From IMG/VR virus record IMGVR_UViG_3300017917_001112, positions 1 to 64,000 of that record: 64,000 bases of DNA. One strand, 5' to 3'. The position numbers and the translations under genes are program-made. This DNA is from a virus. The notes below the pieces were generated by a model. The model did not search any database and was not told where the DNA came from. It saw only the letters and a program-made list of their open reading frames with translations. The number at the start of each line of letters is the position of its first letter. Position 1 is the first letter of the stretch. Of this stretch, positions 14,153 to 22,885 are shown piece after piece.

Positions 14153-14965
14153 ATGACGGAAAGAACAGTAAAAGAAATATTTGATGAGCAGGGTTATTAT
14201 GGACCTGTTCGTTTTTTAGCAACACATAAAATTTATGAATATCAAACAGAAGTATATCGTTTGATGCGTGAGATGGATTGGATGAATACCGATTATCGTT
14301 GTAAAGCAAATGTTCTTTTCCCATTTATTAATGAGATATCAAAACAAATTGTAATTGTTGATTATGTAAAACAAATTCTTGGACCTAACTTTTCTTGTTG
14401 GGACACACTCATTTGGGTTAAAGATCCAGAGAGCGATAATTATGTTTCATGGCATCAAGATGCTACATATTGGAACTTCTTGCCAAAAGAAAGAGGATTG
14501 ACTGTTTGGGTAACTCTATCTGGGGCAACAAAAGAAATGGGTTGTCTTCAGTATGTTCCTGGATCACATAAACATGGGCAGAGAATGCATTCAGATATTA
14601 AGAATGATGAAAATTTACTTATGCGTGGACAAACAATTGATGAACATGATAAAGAAAATGTTGTTCATGTTGAGGCGAGACCAGGAACATTTATAATGCA
14701 TAATCCATTTATTGTTCATGGCTCAGATGCAAATCGTTCTCAAACACCAAGAGTTGCTATGGGTTTTATTTATGTTGCTACTGACGCAAAACCGATTGCT
14801 ACATTTTCTCCAGAATCAACTGTGATGGTTTCTGGTGTTGATGAATATAACTATATGTTACATGATCCAGAGCCAACAGGAAAATGGGAAGAGGATATTA
14901 AAGTTTGGAAACAAGCATATGATAGGCAGCACGACAATTACTACAAGATGGAACAAGTTTTCTGA
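14153..14965 (+). CDS. phytanoyl-CoA dioxygenase (PhyH) family 2OG-Fe(II) enzyme
   Basis: WHQDATYW, GCLQYVPGSH, HGSDANRSQTPR. Confidence 0.9.
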   Translation: MTERTVKEIFDEQGYYGPVRFLATHKIYEYQTEVYRLMREMDWMNTDYRCKANVLFPFINEISKQIVIVDYVKQILGPNFSCWDTLIWVKDPESDNYVSWHQDATYWNFLPKERGLTVWVTLSGATKEMGCLQYVPGSHKHGQRMHSDIKNDENLLMRGQTIDEHDKENVVHVEARPGTFIMHNPFIVHGSDANRSQTPRVAMGFIYVATDAKPIATFSPESTVMVSGVDEYNYMLHDPEPTGKWEEDIKVWKQAYDRQHDNYYKMEQVF

Positions 14966-15446
14966 TTGGCGTGATGCTGATATAAGTAAAACTAATGTTC
15001 TCAAACACATAAAATTACCAGCTACTTGTTTTCTCTCTGCGAATGCTTGGGGATTAAAAGGAAAACTTCCAGGAGGTAAACACTCTTGGATTGCTGAGTA
15101 TAATGGTTATACTTGGAAAACATTTGAGATCACCGATCGTGAAACAATAGAAGTTCAGCAAGCAAATATTCTCTTCTGCGAAAGAGACAATTATACTGAG
15201 AGACAGCTGATAGTTTCCGATCGTGATCCATCTACTCTCTGGTTTGGTAATCAACCAAGATTAGATGGTATCTTCAATTGGAAAGGTATAGAAGAATACT
15301 ATCCTCTCAACACAAACATCAATCTAGCGTTCAATAATTGTAACACATATTTGAGTTACATTGCTTGGCGTTATCATTTTAAATTGAAACTTCCATACAT
15401 CGGTTTCAAAGACAAGTCATTTTGGGAAAAGCATGAAATTAGATGA
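14835..15446 (+). CDS. hypothetical protein (true start probably further downstream)
   Basis: fills the gap between neighbours; HSWIA and NNCNTY could be a permuted papain-like His/Cys pair. Confidence 0.55.
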   Translation: MLMNITICYMIQSQQENGKRILKFGNKHMIGSTTITTRWNKFSDWRDADISKTNVLKHIKLPATCFLSANAWGLKGKLPGGKHSWIAEYNGYTWKTFEITDRETIEVQQANILFCERDNYTERQLIVSDRDPSTLWFGNQPRLDGIFNWKGIEEYYPLNTNINLAFNNCNTYLSYIAWRYHFKLKLPYIGFKDKSFWEKHEIR

Positions 15447-16614
15447 GTTGAATTTTCAATACTCTAAAGACAATCATTATCGTTGGGGTTGGGGCGATGA
15501 TGATACTGAATGGTTTAATGAACCAAATTACGAACAACCATTCAAGATGACGATTGGTAGATGCACAAGAAAGCCAAAGTCATTTCGCGAAGAATGCATT
15601 CTAGCAACAGAACATTTATGTACTCAATATGATAAGCCAATCTATGTTGGTTTGTCTGGTGGTCTTGATTCTCAGATTGTGTGTCTAACTCTACTAGAAC
15701 TTAAGATGCCATTTATACCATGTATTATTGTTATGGAAGATAATTATAATTTACACGATGTTCTAAACGCAAAAGAATTTTGTGAGAAATACAACTTAAA
15801 GTATAAAGTATTTAACATTAACATGGGCGAGTTTTATTCCAAATACTGCCCAGAGATTGTTAAGAAATATAAAATCACAAATGCAAGAACAACAATGCAG
15901 TTGTGGCTTGAACAGTTTACTAAAGATGGAATCTTTATTATGGCTGGTGGTGATATGCAACTTACCAGATATAAACTTGGAGAACCATCATATGATACCA
16001 CAGATGGATTGCTAATTAATCCTCTATCATCAACAGCCCCAATGACAAAATGCACATGGGGTTCTCATCCAACACCAATTTTACAACATCTTATTTCGCA
16101 AGGGGGAATGGGAACAACAAAGTATTTTATGTATAGTCCCGAACTAATTGCTTCTGTTGTTCTTAGTAAAGAAGTTGAATCATTCGTAAACATACAAGAC
16201 GTATTATACAGCACAGCATTAGTGCCACGTTCGAAGTTTTGGTTGTTGTATAACTACATTGCCAAATCGCAATTATATGCGAACAATTGGCCAGAGTTAA
16301 TTCTTCGACCAAAATATCATGGTTTCGAATTCGTCGAAAAGAATCTTGAATATTCGAAACTAAAGAAAGAAGCGATCGAAGAATATAGTAAAGAGAACGA
16401 CAAGAAAGGTATTTACATAGAGTACACAGAATTGAAGGAGTATTTTTCTTCGGTTGGACCACAGAAGATATGGTATAGTAATCCGTTGGTCAAACAAACT
16501 TCTTCGATCAAGGGTTTTATTGAGAGCATATCCCTCAGGGAACAAACGAAGAATGATTTGTTCGAAGATGAGGATTTATTGGATGAATATGAGGGTGGGG
16601 GTATTGACATTTAA
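15433..16614 (+). CDS. PP-loop (adenine nucleotide alpha-hydrolase-like) protein
   Basis: VGLSGGLDSQ motif; ends LRPKYHGFE. Confidence 0.65.
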   Translation: MKLDELNFQYSKDNHYRWGWGDDDTEWFNEPNYEQPFKMTIGRCTRKPKSFREECILATEHLCTQYDKPIYVGLSGGLDSQIVCLTLLELKMPFIPCIIVMEDNYNLHDVLNAKEFCEKYNLKYKVFNINMGEFYSKYCPEIVKKYKITNARTTMQLWLEQFTKDGIFIMAGGDMQLTRYKLGEPSYDTTDGLLINPLSSTAPMTKCTWGSHPTPILQHLISQGGMGTTKYFMYSPELIASVVLSKEVESFVNIQDVLYSTALVPRSKFWLLYNYIAKSQLYANNWPELILRPKYHGFEFVEKNLEYSKLKKEAIEEYSKENDKKGIYIEYTELKEYFSSVGPQKIWYSNPLVKQTSSIKGFIESISLREQTKNDLFEDEDLLDEYEGGGIDI

Positions 16615-16632
16615 TCAATATTCAGGTATAAT
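16604..16632 (+). promoter_or_regulatory. sigma70-type promoter
   Basis: TTGACA-17bp-TATAAT. Confidence 0.85.
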
Positions 16633-16665
16633 ATAATTACCTAAACTTAAAAAGGGAATTTTAAA

Positions 16666-17334
16666 ATGAAACGAAGTGTAGTTGTTATGGCTGTTGTTGC
16701 GTTATTTGCTACTGGTTGTTCTTCAACCAAAACAGTAACAAAACTTCCACCTGATGCTCCAGCACCAGTGGCAAAACTTGAAAAGAAAGAAGCAGAGTTT
16801 TTAAAATCTAATGGTTCTATCAAAGTTGAATTTGATGAATCAGGAAATTTTTATGGACTTGTTTCAACTGGAACTGCATATATTCAAACCAATCATACAT
16901 CATCACGCGAAGATGCAATGAATGTTGCTTTGATGCGTGCTAAACGAAATGTAACTGAGTTTCTGAATAATGATGTAAGTTCAAATAAGTTTTCAAAAAC
17001 AATCACCAAAACTCTTATGAAGAGCGATGCTAATGAATCACTCAAATCTAATAAAATTGAGGGAAATGACAAAGCATCAAATTTAGATGACTTAGAAGAT
17101 GGTGGTGGTAATTCAGAAACAGCAACTGCCGAAGATCGTGCTAAGGGACAGCGTGTTGCTACTTATGTTAAAGAGCAAATGACTGATAATTCTGCTGCTT
17201 TGTTGCGTGGTTTGGTAATTACCAATCGTAGCGTAGAGAAAGACAGTAATCTAGTATCAGTTGAAGTTCGTGTTTCTAAACACTCAATTGCTGCTTCTCA
17301 TCAACTTAAATCTATGATTGAAGGATTGCGATAA
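16666..17334 (+). CDS. lipoprotein (LPP20-like)
   Basis: lipobox FATG-C after a hydrophobic signal; TGTA...AMNVALMRAKR. Confidence 0.7.
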   Translation: MKRSVVVMAVVALFATGCSSTKTVTKLPPDAPAPVAKLEKKEAEFLKSNGSIKVEFDESGNFYGLVSTGTAYIQTNHTSSREDAMNVALMRAKRNVTEFLNNDVSSNKFSKTITKTLMKSDANESLKSNKIEGNDKASNLDDLEDGGGNSETATAEDRAKGQRVATYVKEQMTDNSAALLRGLVITNRSVEKDSNLVSVEVRVSKHSIAASHQLKSMIEGLR

Positions 17335-17335
17335 A

Positions 17336-18367
17336 ATGAAAACTCTTGTTGTGGCAACTTTGTTTGTCTCACAAGTTGCCTTTGCTGCTACAACAATCCA
17401 CTCAACAGGTAAGGGTGAAACGCAAGACGAAGCAGTTCGCCGAGCGAAGATCTCTGCTGTTGAGACGATAACAGGTTCTTTCAATCTTGGTCATCGCAGT
17501 GTTCGTGGCGATCGATACAATGAAGAAATTGATGATTATGTTTCTGGAATCATTATCGAATCAGAGATCTTGACTTCTGAGAAGAAAGATGGACTGTGGC
17601 ATGTTAAAATTCGTGCTGTTGTTGATGATAGCAAACAAGGTACGTTCGAAGTCCAGCGTGACAAACCTTTGTTCAATGAGCGAACGCAAAATAAAATCGC
17701 TGAGATGAACAATCGTAAAGAGGTTATGGACAAACTTGACTCTAATGGTCAGATGCTTTATGTTTCTGACCAGCGAGTTGATGTGAGACCCCACCATGAT
17801 GTTACTGTTGTTACGATTAGTGGTCGGGTGAAGTGGCAACAAAAATGGGTACAGGATTTTGAGAAGTTTGTTCTTTATGCTGGTAATATGAATACAGCAA
17901 AGAAGACTTACCAAAGCAGTGTTTACTTACCAGTTTCTTTCTCTAATCCAATTTTTGTTGTTGGTAATATCCTGTCGAATCCATCGGAAAGTGAAACACG
18001 TCCAGGATATGCTTATTGTTTTGTTGAAAGTGGTAGTAGACTTGATCAACAACGATGCGCAAATCTTGGATATGAGATGCGAAACTTTCCCAAATTTAAC
18101 ACCATCAAAGCAACGATTGTGTTTAAGGATACCGAGGGAAGGGTTATTCAGAATTTGAATTACACCAAGTTTGACATCAAAGTAGCAGATTTTGCTAGTG
18201 CTGGAACAACCAAGAAAGACAACTTCTTATTCTTTAGCACCTCGCATTATTTCAAAACAAATACATCTATCGTAATGACAGATGCATCTGTTCCTGTTAC
18301 TTTTGATTTTACTGTGAGAAATGAACTTGTGCCGAAGATTGGCTCATATTCAGTTGTTATTAACTAA
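17336..18367 (+). CDS. secreted protein, FlgT/LPP20 N-terminal-like domain
   Basis: signal peptide from MKTLV; STGKGETQDEAVRRAKISAVE motif. Confidence 0.6.
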   Translation: MKTLVVATLFVSQVAFAATTIHSTGKGETQDEAVRRAKISAVETITGSFNLGHRSVRGDRYNEEIDDYVSGIIIESEILTSEKKDGLWHVKIRAVVDDSKQGTFEVQRDKPLFNERTQNKIAEMNNRKEVMDKLDSNGQMLYVSDQRVDVRPHHDVTVVTISGRVKWQQKWVQDFEKFVLYAGNMNTAKKTYQSSVYLPVSFSNPIFVVGNILSNPSESETRPGYAYCFVESGSRLDQQRCANLGYEMRNFPKFNTIKATIVFKDTEGRVIQNLNYTKFDIKVADFASAGTTKKDNFLFFSTSHYFKTNTSIVMTDASVPVTFDFTVRNELVPKIGSYSVVIN

Positions 18368-18373
18368 GGAGAA

Positions 18374-18523
18374 ATGATGGAAATCAATATTAAAAAAGTG
18401 GATAATGGATTTGTCGTAGACTTCCAAAATCCAGAACATGATGTATACCAAACATATGTTTTTACAAAATACAGCCAAGTTGTTAAGTTCTTGCGTGAGC
18501 ACCTTAACGGAAAGGTTGAGTAA
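18374..18523 (+). CDS. small hypothetical protein (49 aa, MMEINIKKVDNGFVV...)
   Basis: read manually; AAGGAG SD; stop overlaps the next ATG. Confidence 0.7.
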   Translation: MMEINIKKVDNGFVVDFQNPEHDVYQTYVFTKYSQVVKFLREHLNGKVE

Positions 18524-18798
18524 TGACATTAGAACAAGCAAAGAAAGAGTTCGCTAATTATTTGAATTCAGCTGACCCTGATGCTAGTTTGTATGAGATT
18601 TATAATGCGTTCGTTCTTGAAAAGATGAAAATGGATAAATATTTTTCTATCTTTCTTGATGAGAATGAACACGAAATGAATCTTTCAGAAAACTATGACA
18701 GCCCAGCTTGGCAAATTTATAAACAAAAAATGAAAGATTATAATGTTATCGAAAGATTTGTTAACCAATCGAGGTATTACCTTACTAAAAATGTTTGA
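18523..18798 (+). CDS. hypothetical protein
   Basis: translationally coupled ORF. Confidence 0.65.
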   Translation: MTLEQAKKEFANYLNSADPDASLYEIYNAFVLEKMKMDKYFSIFLDENEHEMNLSENYDSPAWQIYKQKMKDYNVIERFVNQSRYYLTKNV

Positions 18799-19006
18799 TA
18801 ATCCAAAACAATTTTCTTTACACATAGAAGCAATGGTAAAAGAAAAAAAGATTTCGCACATGGATGCTGTGTTGGAATATTGTAAAGAAAATTATCTTGA
18901 ACCAGAAGATGTTAAAAAGTTGATCAATAAATCACTTAGAGATAAGATTAAGGTAAATGCTACAGAACTCAATTACTTCCCAAAACAAGCCACACTCGAT
19001 GTCTAA
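18791..19006 (+). CDS. gp33: late transcription coactivator gp33
   Basis: FSLHIE..VKE..ISHMDAVLEYC...LINKSLRDKIKVNA.ELNY; synteny with gp59/gp32; start at MFDNP. Confidence 0.88.
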   Translation: MFDNPKQFSLHIEAMVKEKKISHMDAVLEYCKENYLEPEDVKKLINKSLRDKIKVNATELNYFPKQATLDV

Positions 19007-19619
19007 TGATAAAGCATTAAATGCTTATAGGATGTATCTCGCAGCAAAATTACATTTTACAACTGACAAATACGACATAACAGAGTTTCATGCTAAAGTT
19101 CGTGTGTCACGTAAAGCATTTGATGGGAGAAACCAGCATGCATTATATGAAAAATTTGCGGATAAGTTTGATTCCAAATTAGATATGGCACAATATTTAA
19201 TCGCAAATTTTGCCTATGGTGCTTGGGGCAATACAGATATTGTTTATGGTACAACAGAGTCCGATCAAAACTTTAAAGAATGGAATCGTAGGAAACAGTC
19301 TTTAACACAGGTGTTTAAAACTGACCTAAGTAAAATTAGACTTGAGTGGGAAACAAATAAGTTGGATCCATTTCTTGAGGACTTAACTTCTAAGTTTCCT
19401 AAAGTCCCACATTTGTTTCAAATGTATATTGGTAAACACATAACACTTGAAACAATTATTTTGCTAGATAGATTTCAACCTTTTCTTAAACTATGGAAAG
19501 AAAATATGGGACAACTGTTTGAGGATGATATGCGTAGGATTATTAAATCAAAACCATTTATTAGATTCGATGAGAAAAAAATAAAACCAGTTTTTGTGGA
19601 GTTTATTGAAGAGATTTAA
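18999..19619 (+). CDS. gp59: helicase loader gp59
   Basis: AYRMYLAAKLHFTTDKYD...YLIANF...ITLETIILLD. Confidence 0.9.
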   Translation: MSNDKALNAYRMYLAAKLHFTTDKYDITEFHAKVRVSRKAFDGRNQHALYEKFADKFDSKLDMAQYLIANFAYGAWGNTDIVYGTTESDQNFKEWNRRKQSLTQVFKTDLSKIRLEWETNKLDPFLEDLTSKFPKVPHLFQMYIGKHITLETIILLDRFQPFLKLWKENMGQLFEDDMRRIIKSKPFIRFDEKKIKPVFVEFIEEI

Positions 19620-19621
19620 TT

Positions 19622-19831
19622 ATGGGTCACACCTACCGAAAAGAAAAGACCTTCGACGAGAGGTCTAGTAACAAAACCAAAAGACATATTACTGCTGAAC
19701 ACCAGCGAAAAACAAATAAGAATCGAAGAGTCATCGATGTTCTTTATGAAGACGATGATGAAATTGATTATGAAGACGACTATGAGGATGACTATGAACC
19801 TGACGAAGTTCAACACAATAAATCGAAGTGA
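19622..19831 (+). CDS. small basic/acidic hypothetical protein
   Basis: ORF directly after gp59. Confidence 0.6.
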   Translation: MGHTYRKEKTFDERSSNKTKRHITAEHQRKTNKNRRVIDVLYEDDDEIDYEDDYEDDYEPDEVQHNKSK

Positions 19832-20594
19832 ACACTTTGATGCTATTGCTATCAACAAGAAATTAGATATTGAAACTGTAAAAGACAAAGAAACTGGATT
19901 GCGTTATTTTGTTGTCAAGAATGTGCTTGAAAATCCAGATAAGTTTGTTGATTTAATTTCTAAGCACAATGCATATGGTGGCGACGTGGAAGTTACAACT
20001 CCTGGATATCGTCAATTGATAAGTTCTCTTGAGATTCCAACAATCTCAAAATTATATGCTCAAGTGTTTCGTGAATTTACTAAAGTTGATACCAAATTAT
20101 CAAGTTGGTATTATACTACAAATATCTTTCATAAAGACATGGTAATCAAAAACAGCAATAATATGCCAAGATTTGAACCATATCCTGTAGCAACATCATT
20201 ATGCTTGACAGAAAACCCAACAGTTGGCTTGGGATTCTATAAAATTAAACTTGACAAATATCAAGCAGTAAGGTATAATGATGATATTAAAGAATTGTCT
20301 GATGATATGTTTAAGAAAGCATTTCCTATTTACTCAGGAAATGATGAACAAGAACTAAAGTCATGGACAAACTTTGAAAGAAATGAAAATTGGGAACTGT
20401 ATGCGTTTGAAAAATTCGAATACAACAGTGCGGTTATTTATGACCCATTGTTCTTTCATCAAGTGTTATTCGATAACAACAAACTAGACAGTGTTCAATA
20501 TTCATTAGTTGGCTTTTTGGATTCTCCAATTGTTAAAGTTCCTTTTTGGGATATGACGGAAAAAAATATTGAAGAGAACAAAAAGAATGACTAA
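19794..20594 (+). CDS. hypothetical protein, degenerate 2OG-oxygenase-like (DUF6445-like)
   Basis: VVKNVLENPD...PGYR...YNSAVIYDPLFFH pattern; start uncertain. Confidence 0.5.
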   Translation: MNLTKFNTINRSEHFDAIAINKKLDIETVKDKETGLRYFVVKNVLENPDKFVDLISKHNAYGGDVEVTTPGYRQLISSLEIPTISKLYAQVFREFTKVDTKLSSWYYTTNIFHKDMVIKNSNNMPRFEPYPVATSLCLTENPTVGLGFYKIKLDKYQAVRYNDDIKELSDDMFKKAFPIYSGNDEQELKSWTNFERNENWELYAFEKFEYNSAVIYDPLFFHQVLFDNNKLDSVQYSLVGFLDSPIVKVPFWDMTEKNIEENKKND

Positions 20595-20663
20595 ATAGTT
20601 GTATATCATGGTAATGTGACATACGACAAAACTTATATACTTTTATACGACAAAGGAAAACAT
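20590..20663 (+). promoter_or_regulatory. gene 32 leader: late-promoter-like ACTAAATA plus putative autoregulatory operator
   Basis: ATACGACAAA repeated at 20621 and 20645; GTTGTAT can pair with ATACGAC; G-poor tract. Confidence 0.5.
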
Positions 20664-21584
20664 ATGGATATCAATACACTTCGCAAATCTCGCACACAAG
20701 ATTTCTCTAAAATTCTTGGTGAGTTTGATAAAATCGCAAAGCCATCAGGCGAGGGTGGTAAATCTTACGAAGACGATCGTTTCTGGAAACTAACTCCAGA
20801 TAAAGCAGGTAATGCTACAGCTACGATCCGTTTTCTCCCACGTGTCGAGGGCGACGAGTTTCCGTGGGTTCGAATCTTCAATCACAGTTTCCAAGGACCA
20901 ACTGGTAAATGGTACATCGAGAACAGTTTAACGACTCTCGGTGAGAACGATCCTGTTGGTGAATTAAATTCACGTCTATGGAACAGTGGCTCTGAAGCAA
21001 ATAAAGAAATCGCTCGTAAGCAAAAACGTAAGTTGACTTACATTGCTAATGTCCTAATCATCAACGATCCTGCTAAACCAGAAAACAATGGACAAGTTAA
21101 ATTGTTCAAGTTTGGTAAGAAAATCTTTGATAAAATTATGGATAAAGCCAATCCTACTTTTGAAGATGAGAAACCAGTTCTTGTTTTCGATTTGTGGGAA
21201 GGTGCAGATTTTAAATTGCGTATGCGTAAAGTGGATGGTTATGCTAATTACGATCAATCACAGTTTATGGATCAGACAGAAATTGCTCCAACTGATGAAG
21301 CAAAACTTGCTATTGTCGAAAAACAATACAAGTTGTCTGAGTTTTTGGATCGTAAGAACTTTAAAACTTATGATGAACTCAAGCGTAAACTTGAACAGGT
21401 TTTAAGTGGTGAGGGTGCTCCATCTCGTACTGCTGCGCAGATTGCTGAAGAAGAAGATCGTCCTGAAGCACCTGCTCCAAGAATCGCTTCTAAGCCAGCT
21501 GTTGCTCCAGCAAAATCATTAGCTACTACTGCTGATGATGAAGAAGATGATTTGTCTTACTTTCAAAAACTAGCAAACGAATAA
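20664..21584 (+). CDS. gp32: single-stranded DNA-binding protein gp32
   Basis: DDRFWK, IRFLP, GKWYIENSLTTLG..DPV, FKFGKKIFDKI; acidic tail DDLSYFQKLA. Confidence 0.97.
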   Translation: MDINTLRKSRTQDFSKILGEFDKIAKPSGEGGKSYEDDRFWKLTPDKAGNATATIRFLPRVEGDEFPWVRIFNHSFQGPTGKWYIENSLTTLGENDPVGELNSRLWNSGSEANKEIARKQKRKLTYIANVLIINDPAKPENNGQVKLFKFGKKIFDKIMDKANPTFEDEKPVLVFDLWEGADFKLRMRKVDGYANYDQSQFMDQTEIAPTDEAKLAIVEKQYKLSEFLDRKNFKTYDELKRKLEQVLSGEGAPSRTAAQIAEEEDRPEAPAPRIASKPAVAPAKSLATTADDEEDDLSYFQKLANE

Positions 21585-21593
21585 TAATCTGAC

Positions 21594-21620
21594 TGGGGAA
21601 CTTCGGTTCCCCATTTTAAT
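21594..21620 (+). terminator. intrinsic terminator with UUCG loop
   Basis: TGGGGAAC-TTCG-GTTCCCCA-TTTT. Confidence 0.9.
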
Positions 21621-21621
21621 T

Positions 21622-22281
21622 ATGCAAGCGATAGAATTTCACAAACTATTTTATACACCTGTTTGGCGTTTTAAGTATCCAGACTTTAAGAACGATCAAG
21701 AATTTTTTGTAAAATATCTTGCTAAAGATGAAATGTATTTAAGTGATCGTGAGAAGAATGGTCTTCAAATAACAAGAGCAAATTTACACAAAGATCCAAA
21801 ACTTCAAAAGTTGACTGACTTCATACACGAATGTGGCAAGTCTGCGATGAGTGATATGGGTTATGTCCCCAATTGTGCAATTACAAGTTTATGGGCAACT
21901 CGTCAGCGTGCACAAGGTTACCATCACCCACACTATCACAGAAATAGTTTCTTGGGTGGTGCTTTTCATTTATTTGATATTGATGGTAATGCTAGTGGTA
22001 CTGTAATGTATAATAATGAATCATCGAAATATGCAGTTGAACCTGCTATTGATGTAACACGTGAACAGATGTTACAGAATGATGCTATTATGCCTTTTAT
22101 ACCAGGAACAATGATACTATTTCCTTCTTGGGCAATGCATTATACACAACCAACATCATGTCGTTATAGAATTGTTCTTGCAACAAATATTATGCCAATA
22201 GGAAAAACTAACAGCGATCATTTTGATAGATATAACTATCCAGATCCAAGTAATATGGAATTAAAGGAATACGGCGATTAA
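21622..22281 (+). CDS. putative 2OG-Fe(II) oxygenase (TIGR02466-like)
   Basis: HHPHYHRNSFLGG...ILFPSWAMH...RIVLATN. Confidence 0.8.
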   Translation: MQAIEFHKLFYTPVWRFKYPDFKNDQEFFVKYLAKDEMYLSDREKNGLQITRANLHKDPKLQKLTDFIHECGKSAMSDMGYVPNCAITSLWATRQRAQGYHHPHYHRNSFLGGAFHLFDIDGNASGTVMYNNESSKYAVEPAIDVTREQMLQNDAIMPFIPGTMILFPSWAMHYTQPTSCRYRIVLATNIMPIGKTNSDHFDRYNYPDPSNMELKEYGD

Positions 22282-22871
22282 CGCCAATATGGTCCTTCCC
22301 AATACAAGTCTAAATGATATTTTTTTCCTGATAGAACAGGCATTAATTGTGTAAATCGGAATGCTGGATAGATGACCAGCGTTCCCCTCATTCTCATTTC
22401 TTGTGGTTTTGGTTGATCTTTTGTTCCCCCAAAATACATAATAAAATCTCCACCTTCGTATTCATTTGTATCAGATAAAACTACTGTTGCGCAGAGTTTT
22501 CTTTGATTCGCATTTGAAATCCAATTAACATTTTGATGTTTTGTCCAGAATGCTTTTTCTGCTCCATCATATTCACTTATCAAAAAGTTTTTTGGTTTCC
22601 ATGATTCATCCCAATTAATACTGAATAGGAACACTTCTTCGTTGATGTGTTTCGCTGTTTCTGTTATTTTGTCTATAATAGATTTAATCTCTGGTTTATC
22701 AATATCAAGCTGTAGAGATTTACTAATTCTATATGTGAAATCAACTTTTGCTGGCGCAAAGCCAATCATTGAGCGGACAGATTTTTCCTCATTAGTTTTG
22801 TAATGATTTAATAGAATACTACATTCATTTTCTGTTAAAAATTTTGTTGAATAATATAATTCGCCAAGCAT
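22278..22871 (-). CDS. 2OG-Fe(II) oxygenase fold protein with altered metal ligands
   Basis: RKL.ATVVLSD..EYEGGD...GTLVIYPAF...PVLSG...W.EGP; HxD is HQN and the distal His is missing. Confidence 0.7.
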   Translation of the reverse strand: MLGELYYSTKFLTENECSILLNHYKTNEEKSVRSMIGFAPAKVDFTYRISKSLQLDIDKPEIKSIIDKITETAKHINEEVFLFSINWDESWKPKNFLISEYDGAEKAFWTKHQNVNWISNANQRKLCATVVLSDTNEYEGGDFIMYFGGTKDQPKPQEMRMRGTLVIYPAFRFTQLMPVLSGKKYHLDLYWEGPYWR

Positions 22872-22885
22872 TATAATCTCCTGTT

